Below, one piece after another: positions 63,295 to 64,000 of a DNA stretch of 64,000 nucleotides. The DNA is from an uncultured Gemmatimonadaceae bacterium (GTDB lineage Bacteria > Gemmatimonadota > Gemmatimonadetes > Gemmatimonadales > Gemmatimonadaceae). Location of the stretch: the NCBI GenBank assembly GCA_963761305.1, contig CAVXGK010000002.1, forward strand, positions 928,001 to 992,000, in the 5' to 3' direction. Position 1 is the stretch's first letter. Each line of letters starts with the position of its first letter. Both the position numbers and the translations under genes were made by a program. The notes under the pieces were generated by a model, which saw only the letters and a list, made by a program, of their open reading frames with translations, did not search any database and was not told where the DNA came from.

Positions 63295-64000
63295 TCACTT
63301 GGACAACCGACGACGAGGTCGCCCCTGGCGTCCTACCCCAGGTTTTGACGCCGGTGCCGGACTTTCGGCACGCGGCGACGGCCCCAGCGCGGCGAGCGCC
63401 GATCGCTCCTCGCGCGTCAGCTCCCGCACCGCCCCGGAAGGTAGGCTGCCCAGCGAAATCGGCCCGAACCGTGTGCGCACCAGGCGTTCGACGCCGAGTC
63501 CAAGCGCGGTGCACAAACGGCGGACCTCGCGCTTGCGTCCTTCGGTGATGGTGACCTCGAGGTCCCAACGGTCGCGACCGATGTGGGTCGCGGAGATGCG
63601 CTTGGGATTCACGGGACCGTCGTCGAGCATCACTCCGTCGCGGGCGATGCGAACCGCTTCGTCTCCCTTGCCGGTGACCGTCGCGACATAGGTCCGCTCG
63701 ATCTCGCCGCGCGGATGCGACAACCGATGCGCGGCGTCGCCGTCGGTCGTGAGGAGCAAAAGCCCTTCGGTGAGATAGTCGAGCCGGCCGACGTAGGTGA
63801 GCCCGCGAACGTTCGGCGCGAGGTCGAACACGGTTCGACGGCCATCGGGGTCGGAACGGGTCGTCATCACACCGGCCGGTTTGTTCAGCACATACCAGAC
63901 CGACTCGCGCGGCGCTTCTATGGCTCGTCCGTCGACGACGATCTCATCGCGCGCGGGATCGACGACCTGCCCCGTTTGCGCGACGGCGCCGTTCACGCGG
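63295..64000 (-). CDS. rluB: 23S rRNA pseudouridine synthase RluB/RsuA family (5' end outside window)
   Basis: End of the S4 domain, LNKPAG, VGRLDYLTEGL and EGRKREVRR. Confidence 0.85.
   Translation of the reverse strand, partial: RVNGAVAQTGQVVDPARDEIVVDGRAIEAPRESVWYVLNKPAGVMTTRSDPDGRRTVFDLAPNVRGLTYVGRLDYLTEGLLLLTTDGDAAHRLSHPRGEIERTYVATVTGKGDEAVRIARDGVMLDDGPVNPKRISATHIGRDRWDLEVTITEGRKREVRRLCTALGLGVERLVRTRFGPISLGSLPSGAVRELTREERSALAALGPSPRAESPAPASKPGVGRQGRPRRRLSK

Overview
A GC-rich window that is almost entirely core genome. The 16S signature and gene content indicate a Gemmatimonadota bacterium (inference). Nearly all genes lie on the minus strand. RNA genes: a complete rrn operon (16S-23S-5S, no tRNA in the ITS, tandem sigma70 promoters), tRNA-Pro/Arg/Lys, and tRNA-Sec next to selD. 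Protein blocks include envelope genes (PorV/PorQ-like barrel, rfaE2, lptE, lpxH, murI, murA, uppP), rimP-nusA-L7Ae-infB-rbfA-truB-ribF-secDF-tatD-ridA-selD, gatCAB (gatA frameshifted), pcrA/uvrD, serS, groESL with a perfect CIRCE, birA-coaX, bshA, miaA-mutL and a MoxR/Bat (VWA) operon. I saw no transposase, integrase, prophage, CRISPR array or defence system. The best candidates for something undescribed are: (i) degenerate short tandem arrays, notably a GACnGnnn octamer forming an inverted pair upstream of era and also lying inside the mutL linker, with arrays recurring just downstream of terminators of highly expressed operons; (ii) a small accessory module of Ig-like lipoprotein, beta-barrel and S41 protease lipoprotein; (iii) an orphan roadblock/receiver pair heading a sugar-nucleotide operon; (iv) a candidate LolB-like lipoprotein beside lptE. 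All calls come from reading motifs by eye. No searches were run, and several start codons are best guesses.
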